From Utricularia gibba (taxonomy: Eukaryota > Plantae > Magnoliophyta): a stretch of 64,000 bases of DNA. Numbering within the stretch: the first letter of the stretch is position 1; every line of letters begins with the position of its first letter. The notes beneath the pieces were generated by a model. The model saw only the letters and a program-made list of their open reading frames with translations, had not been told where the DNA came from and searched no databases. The stretch lies in contig CM007991.1 of NCBI GenBank assembly GCA_002189035.1, positions 248,001-312,000 of the forward strand, in the 5' to 3' direction. This document shows positions 1-10,200 of the stretch, in pieces. Made by a program: the position numbers and the translations under genes.

Positions 1-2921
1 CCACGGACCGCCCTTCACGTTCACTCCTTACGCCTTGACTCATCAAGAGGTGAATTGCATGATAAAACTGGTGTGTGTGTGTGTGTTTCAAGAGATTGGG
101 CTATGGATGTGGAGTCGAATCCCCTTGTGCTCTATCACATGCTCTGTTCACTTAGAACTGGATAGTTTGGGGGATTTTACTATGATATTATTCAGAATGG
201 ATTTTCATCTCTTCCATTTTATCGGTCCGTTTCGAGGTATTTTCAGTAGGGACCATGTGATAGTCTCTGTTTTCGGGGGGTCTGCAGCAGTACCCTCAAG
301 AGTTTATGGTTCTGTTGTGCCTGAGCTCTCACAAAACATTTCTTATTCTTATATTGTTGATCATTGCTTACTGAAATCGAATATGTTGGCTGAGTAAGTC
401 GGTTTGACCTCCATTGTTGATCAATCATAGCACTACAGAGAGGTTTATGGGTTTATGTGTCCTTGCTGTGGTCATTTTTTCGCTCTTTCCTTTTAACTGC
501 GGACAAGCTTTTAAACATCTTGCCATGATTATTCAGGACATAAGAACAAAGGAGGTAGATGACCTGTTCCCTGTCATTGATCCCAAGTTACAGCAAACGA
601 CCAAGCCCAAGATCTTTTTGAGCCTCCTGTGGAAACAGCTCAATCATCTTGGGTAATAGCAATGGAGCTCAGTTTTAATTTTTCATCTCCAGAATGTATT
701 TTTAAGGCTTTTGGAGTCGAAACCGTCGTCTTTTACAATGTTTGTACACTGAAACACATCAGAAGAGCAACTAATGTGGTTTGGCATCCAGGAACGCTGG
801 ATTCGACCCAGAAGTGATCCGGGTTGATCCTTATGGTAATGTGTTATACTATCATGCCGATGCAGCTTCACCTCTGGCGTGGGAGATTGATCACTGGTAT
901 CCTTGCTCCAGTAAGAACTGATATTCCTTGAGAAAAGAACAATGTAATAATCTATTGTGGTTGTGCATATAAAACTGTTTCGGACTTGCAGGGGGAGGAT
1001 TGACGATCCCGAGCAACCTCCGGATCTTACAATGGCAAGTATGCAAGAGGAAGCACAACAAGCTGGAGTTTCTTCTTCCGTGGTGGGATTTGCAGCTTGG
1101 CATTTCCATCAACCAGTTCTTGTCTATTTTTGCCTCTTCCAATTCAGATTTCAGGTCAGTTGCTGATAAGCAAATGAGGCATTGATTCAGATGCTCGTAT
1201 GCGTTGTTTTATAGACATAACGAATCCGAATTTCAGGCGAAGGGCATATTCATGGCTGTTCTCTGAAGGAGAAAGCCATGAGTTGCATGCTTCACAGACA
1301 GTTGATTGTCATGCATTTCCAAGGCATTTCTTGGAAGAAGAAAGGAAACTAGGACTTGCTCCTGCTGCATTGGTTCTCTGCAGGAAAGATCCTTCTGAAT
1401 CTCCATTAAGATCATTAGATTTTAACAGACGGCCAAGATCAAGCACCCCAATAGTTGGTTAGCCTCATTTTTTCTCAAACTGCTGTTGAAAATCGATCGA
1501 TTTCAGAATATGAACTGTTTCATTGTGGTTGTCCAGCGGTGAAGAAAACAAAGCAGCATGCTCTGAAAGAGAACCATGATCCGGTGATGGCCATGAACCC
1601 GCACCAAGCTATTGCCATGGCTAGAGACTCCTTGAAGCAGAGGGAAGCAGCAGCAAAGATGCAAGCAGAAATACAGAAACTAGATAGTGAGGCGAATGAA
1701 TTGCATCAAAGGAGTGAAGAGGAGAAGGTTTCCATTCAGGAGTTGGAAATCATTTTGATGAAGAAACAACGGCGAGCTGAGAAATGCCGCCGTCTTGCGG
1801 AATCACAGTCATCTTACAGGGTAATGCTGGAGAAGATGATCAGAGACGCCATGCACCAGTAAGCTAACCATTTAAATGCTCTGTTCATTTTCTCACTTTC
1901 CTAGTATGTAAACTCAAGACCTTGACACAAATCATGCACTGTTCAGGAATGTCATCTTTAAAGAGCAAATGAGGCTGAATCAAGCAGCAGCAAGTGCACT
2001 TTTAGCCAGACTTGAAGCACAGAAAGCCCTCTGTGACTCTGCTGAAAGGGATCTTCTTCAGAGAAGTAAATATCGTGAGGAACTGGAGAAACAGTTCGCT
2101 CCAGAAACTCCTGAGCACTGCAGGAAAAGATCAAGAACTAACGACACCGTGAACGAAGATCATGCTAGCTGTGTCCCAGAAAATCAGACTCTAGAGCACC
2201 TCTCACCGGAGATCAAATCTACTCCCCGGAAAGAGCTGAGGAAATTTCTGGAGGAAGAGAAGAGAGCTTCAGCAGGAAGTTTGCAGCAAAACGAAGAAGA
2301 GCTGAACTTATCAGAAGACAGAGGGGATGACAAGCTTGAGGTCGAAGATGGAGGCGAAGTATACAGCGTTCATCTCCCGATTGACCAAAAAACAGAACAG
2401 GAGGAAGATGAAAAGATTAGAAGGGAACGTGGGAAGGTGAACTTAGAGAAATGGCTCTTGTTTTTAATGGAGATGACACATGAAGAAAGACGACAAATGA
2501 TGAGAAGGAAACATCTAAAAGTGAGGATTTAATCAAGAAGCTGGCTCTCATATACCCGCATCGAGAAATCAAAGTTTCCAAAGCAGAGCAGCAGCCATGG
2601 ATGCAAGCAACAGAGACCATTAAAGAGCAGGGAGTAATTTCAATCGGCACAGGTGTGAGAAGAATGAGCAGTCCTGATGACAGATTGAGAAGGAAGAAGA
2701 ACAGTAAAGAAAGAGAGCTTCAAAGGTGTGAGAGTGCCAGAGGATTCCGGCGAATTCCATCTTCGCCGTCTCTGATCCTAGAAGGGGTGAAAAAGAGAGT
2801 GGAATGCTTAGGAAAGAAACCTCCTGTGCTTGATGATATTGATGGAGACCCCACGGAACTACCGAGAAACGGGTTCATCAGATCATCCTTCAAAGCAATG
2901 AAGAAGGTGATAATGCATTAG
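1..2921 (+). CDS. Uncharacterised plant protein with an HNH-endonuclease-like motif and a long coiled coil; 5' end outside the window
   Basis: Phase-compatible GT-AG exons at <1-49, 537-652, 792-910, 992-1154, 1237-1457, 1537-1858 and 1947-2921. They splice to ...DPYGNVLYYHADAASPLAWEIDHWYPCSRGGLTIPSNLRILQWQVCKRKHNK..., followed by an E/K/Q/R-rich helical region. One apparent frameshift at about 2485-2490. Confidence 0.8.
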
Positions 2922-3024
2922 AACCAGATGCAACAAAGTCAAAGGCACATATTTGAATGAATTTACCGTTGTCCTTTCGATTCAAATGCAAGCTACAATC
3001 ATACAAAAGACAAGAGTGGACGTG

Positions 3025-4413
3025 TCAGGGGATCTGAATCGGAGATGCAACTTGCAATGATTGAATGACGTCAAAATCCAGCAAGTCCAGCGGCGGCAGG
3101 GAGAAATTGCTGTAAGTAGAGCTCCCTCTTCTGATCTCCTGCATCGTCAGCAACGCCGCCACCGTGTTCCGGAAGACTCCGTCGCGTGGAACGTCCAACC
3201 CCATCGCCTTCCGGCGAAAATGCAGCGTTTCTTCCGCTGCACAGGGCGGAAACACCAACTTCATTGCCGTCTCACACTCCTTCACCAGCTTCGAAATTAT
3301 GTCTATCGTGAAGAAGGGCTGGCTCACCACTTTCTTTATAAACGGCCGCCGTAGAACTCCGCCTGTTCTCTTATCGTACTTCTTCAGTATCTTCGCTACC
3401 CCTGTAAAGTAAAACTCAAGATCACCATTTCAGATTTCGCAGTTTCCTCTGGAAATTTACTACCAGTGTAATTGATGATGCTGTAGTTGATCAAGAGAAC
3501 CATTTCTCCATGAAAATTGACAATTTCTTTTCTGACTTCCGCCATCTCTTCTCTAAATCCACATTCCTTCTGCCTCCATTTGTTCATCGCCACTTGTATC
3601 CTCTGCTGAAGCTCCTACAAAAGAAACCAACAATGTGCATTCCTTTACTTTCAGTAACTCTTCTTCAAGAACCCCACTTCTTTAATTCTCAAATCTACAC
3701 TCATCCCCCATCCACAAAGATCGAATCTTTGATCCATTTAGCTCACACCCACTCAACCTTTCCATCAAAAATCAGAATATTCAATGGAATTGTTAGTCAA
3801 CGTGACAGTCAGCAGAGAAACTACGTTCAGTTTCAGTTTGACTTGTGATCTTAAAAAAAAAAAAAGTTTGGTCTGTGGTGGGGAAAGAAGCTTGAAGAAA
3901 ATTGCACCGTGGGACCGAAAGGTTATTTTCGCCCCATCGGCAACAAGGACTTCTTCTACGCTTCTTTCTTTGAAAAGGATCTTCGATCTTGTGAATACAA
4001 ACTTGAAATTTGAATCTTTTTTTCAAGGTTCCCCTGTCAGATAAGAACATTTAAACCAAAATGGTGTTCTAACAAAAAGACGAACTGGAATGCGAATGAT
4101 TTCTTCTTGGAGCTTACGAAACGAGCCGGCAAAAAGAGGGAAGGATTTCATAGAAATAAAGGAAACAAACCCTATGTCTGATCACGAATTCCTCCTCTTG
4201 CTCCATGAAAAAAGCGTTGAATTTGTCGATCTCCCTGTTCAACAAATGCACAAACCTCTTCTCTGCTGCGGCGCCGTCCGCCGTCGCCGTAGAGGCGGCG
4301 GCAACAGAAATCACTTTCACTAGCCTTTTCAGATCTTTGTAAGATAAGAACTTGTCCCTCCACTCGGGAAGGCTTTGCTGGGCTTGGTGCTTCAATCTCT
4401 TGCCGAATTTCAT
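3025..4413 (-). CDS. SPX3: SPX domain protein (phosphate signalling), SPX3-like
   Basis: Exons 4413-4171, 3614-3464 and 3401-3025 give an intact frame with MKFGKRLK...[29 protein letters not shown] and [23 protein letters not shown]. Confidence 0.92.
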
Positions 4414-4518
4414 GGCCGGCGAGAGATCTTTAGACACAAGGAGTCCAGTCCGATCAAAGGCGTGAGTGAGGAAACTGAAGTTGCATTTGTGTTGGTAAGA
4501 AAAGGGAATATTTGGAAG

Positions 4519-4526
4519 GGATATGC
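4519..4526. promoter_or_regulatory. P1BS (PHR1-binding) element GGATATGC
   Basis: Matches GNATATNC, about 105 nt upstream of the SPX3 ATG. Confidence 0.7.
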
Positions 4527-4631
4527 TTCAGAGAAAGCTCTGGCGTGATGAAACCACGAAACGCCTGTGTCACAGACAAGCAAAAAAAGGCATATAATAT
4601 ATATACATGAAGACGGCATCGGAATCTAACA

Positions 4632-4639
4632 GCATATTC
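4632..4639. promoter_or_regulatory. P1BS element GCATATTC
   Basis: Matches GNATATNC in the SPX3/F-box divergent intergenic region. Confidence 0.7.
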
Positions 4640-4868
4640 GTCTTCCTTGTTGTCAAGAATTCACACCACACCTCGTACGATGATCTTTATTTTTTTTAAT
4701 TTTGAAATAATTTTTACACCTAGTCCCGCCTTAAAGTTTTTGGAAACTATTCCATCCTACGATCAAATCTTTTCCGAATAATATCTAACTTATCTTCGCT
4801 TCTGCTCTATATAAGGCTCTGAGAGGAAAACAGAGAAGAGTCGTGCACCTGGGGCCGGAAGGGAAGCG

Positions 4869-5915
4869 ATGAACAGGCTGCCCTATTTGCCGGAAGAAGT
4901 CATCTACGACGATATCCTGACGAGGCTCCCCGCAAAATCCCTCATTCGATTCCGGTGCGTTTCCAAGGCATGGAGATCCTTCATCGACAGCGATTACTTC
5001 ATCCAGGCTCATCTTAAGGCTTCCAGAAGTAAGAGCCCTCCGAAGGTAGTGGCTGCAGAGTGCATAGGCCAACCAATTCAAATCCATGATGTGCGTTCCT
5101 TACTGTCACCATCATTTTGGCTCTTCTGGAATGATGTAAAAGACCTCGGAATCCTGCCTGTAGATCCGGCGAAATTTCTTCTCGTGGACTGTTGCAACGG
5201 CGTCCTTTGCCTGGTACATGAGTATCGTGAATTTTGCCTGTGGAACCCATCCAATCGACATTTCAAGAAACTGCCTAAAAGGTTACCCCGGAAACGGCGG
5301 ATGAAACCATGGCTTTGTGGGTTTGGGTTCGACGCGTCCAACGCGGACTACAAGGTCGTCCTCGTCTTCCGAAACCTGGAGGGTTGTATGAAAGCTCAAG
5401 TTTACAGCTTAGAGCGCGATTCTTGGAAGTATGTCGAGATCCCTGATTGGCTTTCGGAAGACGGGAGTGGAATCCCCTGCTCAGTCTTCTCCGGGGGGAA
5501 GTTTTACTGGTGTCAGAGATCATTAGTCGCCTCATTCGATATATCTGAAGAGACATTCCAGAGTATTCAGCTCCCATTAAATCTTCACGGCGCAGGATAC
5601 TGGTTGTCGAGCAGCCTTGGGGGTGACTGCGTTTATGCCCTATCTGGCGAGAAGCAGACGTTTCAGGTGTGGGTTTTGAAGGAGGATGGACGTTGGGAAG
5701 GATTGGCGACGGTTGAATTCTCAGAGGCGCCTGTATTCTGTGTCTGCGGCGGCGCCCATCCGTTGATCGGAGAAGACTATGAGAATGAATTGGTCTTCTT
5801 GGATTGGCGCATCGGCGAATGTGATTCAAAAGACAAGCCCACACTCAGCGTCAACTCGATCAACTGCTTATACAAGGCGGTCATCTTCCATGAATCCCTC
5901 GTCAGAATAGCCTGA
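4869..5915 (+). CDS. Intronless F-box protein with F-box-associated (FBA) domain, copy 1
   Basis: 348-aa ORF with LPEEVIYDDILTRLPAKSLIRFRCVSKAW, CCNGVLCL, LWNPSNR and GFGFDASNADYKVV. TATA-like CTATATAAG at about 4807. Confidence 0.92.
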   Translation: MNRLPYLPEEVIYDDILTRLPAKSLIRFRCVSKAWRSFIDSDYFIQAHLKASRSKSPPKVVAAECIGQPIQIHDVRSLLSPSFWLFWNDVKDLGILPVDPAKFLLVDCCNGVLCLVHEYREFCLWNPSNRHFKKLPKRLPRKRRMKPWLCGFGFDASNADYKVVLVFRNLEGCMKAQVYSLERDSWKYVEIPDWLSEDGSGIPCSVFSGGKFYWCQRSLVASFDISEETFQSIQLPLNLHGAGYWLSSSLGGDCVYALSGEKQTFQVWVLKEDGRWEGLATVEFSEAPVFCVCGGAHPLIGEDYENELVFLDWRIGECDSKDKPTLSVNSINCLYKAVIFHESLVRIA

Positions 5916-6236
5916 TCAGGCCCTCGACAGCTTTGCATTTTTAAATATTATTTTATTCAATATTATCTGCACCTCTATATAAAAGTGTTTTTTATTATTG
6001 ATATAAAATGCCGAGGTTTTTTCGTTTAAAAATAATAATAATAATAAAAGCATAAATCGAAACATTTAAAGCTGCGTGCTCTTTTCCAAAGCGGAGGCGA
6101 AAGGGGTGTTCCTCTGGAATTCGGATACTCGGACCCCTTTCGCACCGCTATTTTCTTGAATCGCCGCCGGACTTCCCGCATTCGGTTGTCTCTGCGGTCA
6201 CCGAGAAACTCGTTTATCGCCGATCGGGATTTGAAA

Positions 6237-8067
6237 ATGAGTACTGGAGAGCTCCTCCAAATCCAACCGCTTGAGCTTCAATTTCCTTGTATTTTCTTTT
6301 TCTTCCTGAGATTTACTGAATATTATTTTTCGTTTCTTTATTGCTTCGTAGTTGTTCGATATTTTGATTTAATTCGGTTTGTACACACCGATTATATGTA
6401 TTATATTCCGCGGTTTTATAATTCTTGGATTTGTTTTGTATCATAAAAGTTGAATTGAAGAAGCAGATCTCCTGTTCTTTGCAATTGAATAACAAATCCG
6501 ATGCTTATGTTGCGTTCAAGGTACGATTATGTAGAAGCTCCTAAATTGAATTTTTTTGTGCATCTCTTTGCCGATATACACATGCAATATTTTTGGTAAA
6601 AATTGTGTTTTCTAATGATTTAATGCGGCATTCCAGGTGAAAACTACCAACCCTAAGAAGTACTGTGTGAGACCAAATACTGGAGTTGTAATTCCTCACT
6701 CTACGTGTGAAGTCGTTGGTAATGGAATTTTGATTTTTACTCTCTGCTTTATCCCCCTCTTGTAAAGCAAGAGAATGATGATTGGGAAAAGAGAATCAAG
6801 TATTGAATTGTGTTTCAAGTGTCCCTTCTTGGAAAGTTACACTTTGCTAATCCGTTAGTTTACTCATTATTCAGTTACAATGCAAGCTCAGAAGGAGTCT
6901 CCTCCAGACATGCAATGCAAGGATAAGTTTCTCCTCCAGAGTGTAGTAGCGAGCCCTGGATTAACGGGAAAGGATGTTACTGCAGAAATGGTATGTGATT
7001 TCCTCCAGACTAGTTTATTCACGGTGTACGTGCTGACATCATGGGCAAGTCACTAATACTGCAGTTTATTGTATGCTAGTTCAACAAAGAGTCGGGAAAT
7101 CATGTTGATGAGTGCAAGCTGAGAGTTGTTTATGTTCCACCTGCAACCCTGCCTTCTCCAGTCCATGAGAGATTGGGGGAAGGTTACTCACCTCATGCAT
7201 CTGTATCGGACAACGGGACTGTCAATCAGGAATCTGATTCTAATGTGGTGAGCACAGGCAGTCAGCATTTGATTGCATAAATTCTGATCTCGTACAATTT
7301 GTTTTGCTCCCTTTACTGAACCTATTATGCCTTTACTAACTACAGCTGCCCAAAAGATTCGTTGAACGGAATGAAAGCACGCCTGAGGTCAACCCGCTTT
7401 TTCACCCTTGTGATAAATGTGGACTGAGTATTTTCGATGCTTATTTTTCCTATATAACCATTCCATCTATTGCAAGTGTTCCACTGTCAGATAATTCGCA
7501 CTCGAATATCAAGCAATAACCTGCAAAATTTGCTTCATATAAACAGCTATAGAATTCGACTTGCTTGTTGCACTGTATTGGGATGCTCTTCCTGTACTGG
7601 GCATACTTAATTCTCCTTTTACTGAATGCATGTGTGAGATAGTCTAATAAGCAATCCAACATTTTAGCTATACTCGTTTGATGAAACCTTAATGCATGAC
7701 GAGATACTCCAAATTTAGGTGTGATGAAAATTTGGATCCCCTCTCTACATTCTTTTGATGAACCAGGAAGGTGTTATTTTGGCACTAATTTGTCTTCAAA
7801 TTTACAGGTTCAAGCATTGGTAGCCAGGCTAACCGAGGAGAAACTGTCTGCTATTCGTCTCACCAACAAGCTTGAAAAGGAACTGGTCAGTGCTTCACAT
7901 CTCATCACCCAAATCCCCCTTCCCCCCATACTTAAATGTCATTCTTCTCCATTCAGGAGATTTTACGACGCCAACCCGGTCGAAGCACAGGTGCACCACC
8001 ATTGGTGCTTCTTATTGTTGCCGCGCTGATAGGTGTCCTCGTAGGCTACCTCCTAAAGAGAGGGTGA
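6237..8067 (+). CDS. PVA12: Vesicle-associated protein (VAP/MSP domain, tail-anchored), VAP27-1/PVA12-like
   Basis: Multi-exon gene with MSTGELLQIQPLELQFP, VKTTNPKKYCVRPNTGVV and MQCKDKFLLQSVVASPG, ending in the transmembrane tail LVLLIVAALIGVLVGYLLKRG*. Confidence 0.88.
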
Positions 8068-8372
8068 GTTGATACCTTTTGATTGAACTCTCAAGATGCT
8101 TATTTCCACTGTTAGTAAACACCTTGTTTCTTGCGCCATCACTGTCGTGATCGACCTCCTCGGTTTTCCTTGCTCTTTACAAACACTCTTCTGAATCTTT
8201 TCCCATGTCGAGGTTTTTTGTAATAAAACCTCGACATTTTACGTCAATACTACATATTTATATAAGGGTACGAATAGTTGGATTGGCGCATTCATAAATA
8301 CTAAAAATATATCAATTCCAATAAATTTATTAAAAATAATATTAAAAAAATGCACAGCTGTCAAGGGCCTGA

Positions 8373-9417
8373 TCAGGCTATCCTGACGATGGATTCATCG
8401 AAGATGAACAGCTTGAGTAAGCAGTTGAACCTGTAGATCCTGACTATGGACTTGTCTTTGGGATCATATACGCCAATGCGAGAATCCAAGAAGAACAAAG
8501 CATTCTCATTGTCTTCTCCGATCAACGGGTGGACGCCGGCGAAGATACACGATATAGACGGCTCCGTGAATTCAACCGCCGCCAAACCTTCCCAACGTCC
8601 GTCCTCCTTCAAAACCCACACCTGAAACGACTGCTGCTCGCAAGATAGAACGTAAACGCGTTCACCCGTAAGGCTGGTCAACAACCAGTATGCCCCCCCG
8701 TCAGGAAGATTTCCTGGAAACTGAATACTCTGGAATGTCTCTTCAGATGTATCGAATGAGGCGATGAATGAACTCAGACGCCAGTAAAGCTTCCCTCTAG
8801 AGAAGACTGAGCGGGGGATTCCACACCCGTATTCCCAAAGCCGATCAGGGATCTTGATATACTTCCAAGAATCGCGCTTTAAGCTGTAAACTTGAGCTTT
8901 CAGACAACCCTCCAGGTCTCGGAGGACGAGGACGACCTTGTAGTCCGCGTTGGACGCATCGTACCCAAACCCGCAAAGCCATGGTTTCATCCACCGTTTC
9001 CTGGTTATCCTTTTAGGCAGTTTCTTGAAATGTCGAGTGGTTGGGTTCCACAGGCAAAATTCACGATACCCATATCCGAAGCAAAGGACGCCTTTGCAAC
9101 AGTCCACGAGAAGAAACTTCCCCGGATCCACCGGCGGGAACCCGAGGTCTTGTGTAAGCAAGGGAGAGCCGAAACGATGATAACAGTATGGAACCCAGAT
9201 ACCAGATTTTCATTGGAAAGCGTATCCACCCTGAAACCACTACCTTCTGAGGTCTCTTCCTTCTGGAAACCTTGAGATGAGACTGGGCGAAGTAATCGCT
9301 GTCGATGATGCATCTCCATGCCTTGGAAACGCACCTGAATCGAAGGAGGGATTTTGCGGGGAGCCTCGTCAGGATATCCTCGATGACATCTTCTGGCAAA
9401 GAGGGGATCATCTCCAT
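8373..9417 (-). CDS. F-box/FBA protein, copy 2, frameshifted near 9150-9165 (possible pseudogene)
   Basis: ORF 9417-9061 holds the F-box and ORF 9161-8373 holds the FBA domain. The region is 2 nt shorter than copy 1 just before the DLG motif. Confidence 0.8.
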
Positions 9418-9755
9418 CGCTTCCCTTCCTGCCCCAGGCCCAGGCGCAAGATCTCTTCAGCCTTATATATAGCTGAAGCCAAGATAAATTAGATACTATT
9501 CGGAAAAGATTTGTTCGTTGGATAGAATAGTTTCCAAAAGAACAAATAAAATATCTTCAAGGCAGGACTAGGTGTAGACATCATTTAAAAATAACTATAA
9601 AATAATTTTTTTAAAAAAAGTCAAAATATAGGAGAATTTCTTATAAAATTTTATGAAAGATACAATTTTTACCTGTGCATTTTCATTTATTTATATACCA
9701 TGTAAATAATAAAAATTATTATAAGATAATTACGAAAAACTCCTCTCTCCTACAG

Positions 9756-10200
9756 GAATATGCTCTTGCGGCGCACTGGTGGAATCACACGACCGGTTCC
9801 TGGAGGGGACGCTGGCGGCGGAAACCGACACCAAGGTGTATGACTTCAAGCACACCGTCAGTGGCTTCGCCGTCCACTCCACCCCATCTTAGGTTCGACT
9901 TTTGCTCCGTTTTGCACGGACACGTTATAAGAAAATTTTACTCGGGCTTGCAAGATGAAGGCGCGGCTTGGAGTGAGGGTGGTGGAGAAGGATCGAGGAG
10001 TGAAGTTAATGACGAGTCACACACCGGAATTCCTGGGCCTGCCCGCCGGCCGTCTCGGCGGAGAAGGGACGCCGCGGAGGGGCTCGTGATCGGAGTGGTG
10101 GATTCCGGCATAAACCCTGCCAATCCTACCTTTGCTCATGATCCCCTTGATCTGTTTACTTCAGGTGTTTGGAGCCTGCGAGGAGGGCCCACTGTCTTCT
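9756..10200 (+). pseudogene. Truncated subtilisin-like protease (SBT2-type) fragment
   Basis: Broken frames give YDFKHTVSGFAVHSTPS*, VRVVEKDRGVKLMTSHTPEFLGLP and EGLVIGVVDSGINPANPTF (I9 prodomain plus catalytic-Asp motif). There is an in-frame TAG at 9890-9892 and the match ends at AT-rich DNA. Confidence 0.75.

Larger units (their letters stand above)
4700..9575. repeat. Inverted duplication (about 4700-6020 versus about 8225-9575) covering the F-box gene, its promoter and 3' flank, around the VAP gene
   Basis: Reverse-complement similarity visible by eye: cacctagtcccgcc at about 4717 versus gcaggactaggtg at about 9566; tatataaggct TATA; gcctgatcaggccc just after both stop codons. Confidence 0.9.

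Noticed and set aside
5275-5844. 189-aa and other antisense or alternative-frame ORFs over the F-box, HAM, SAUR, PME, KHZ and bromodomain genes
   Set aside because: They are shadows of GC-rich coding sequence with no recognisable motifs.
4869-9417. F-box/FBA pair as an S-locus (SLF/S-RNase) system
   Set aside because: No T2 RNase motifs (for example FTIHGLWP or HEWxKHG) are seen in the window, and the neighbours are ordinary conserved genes.
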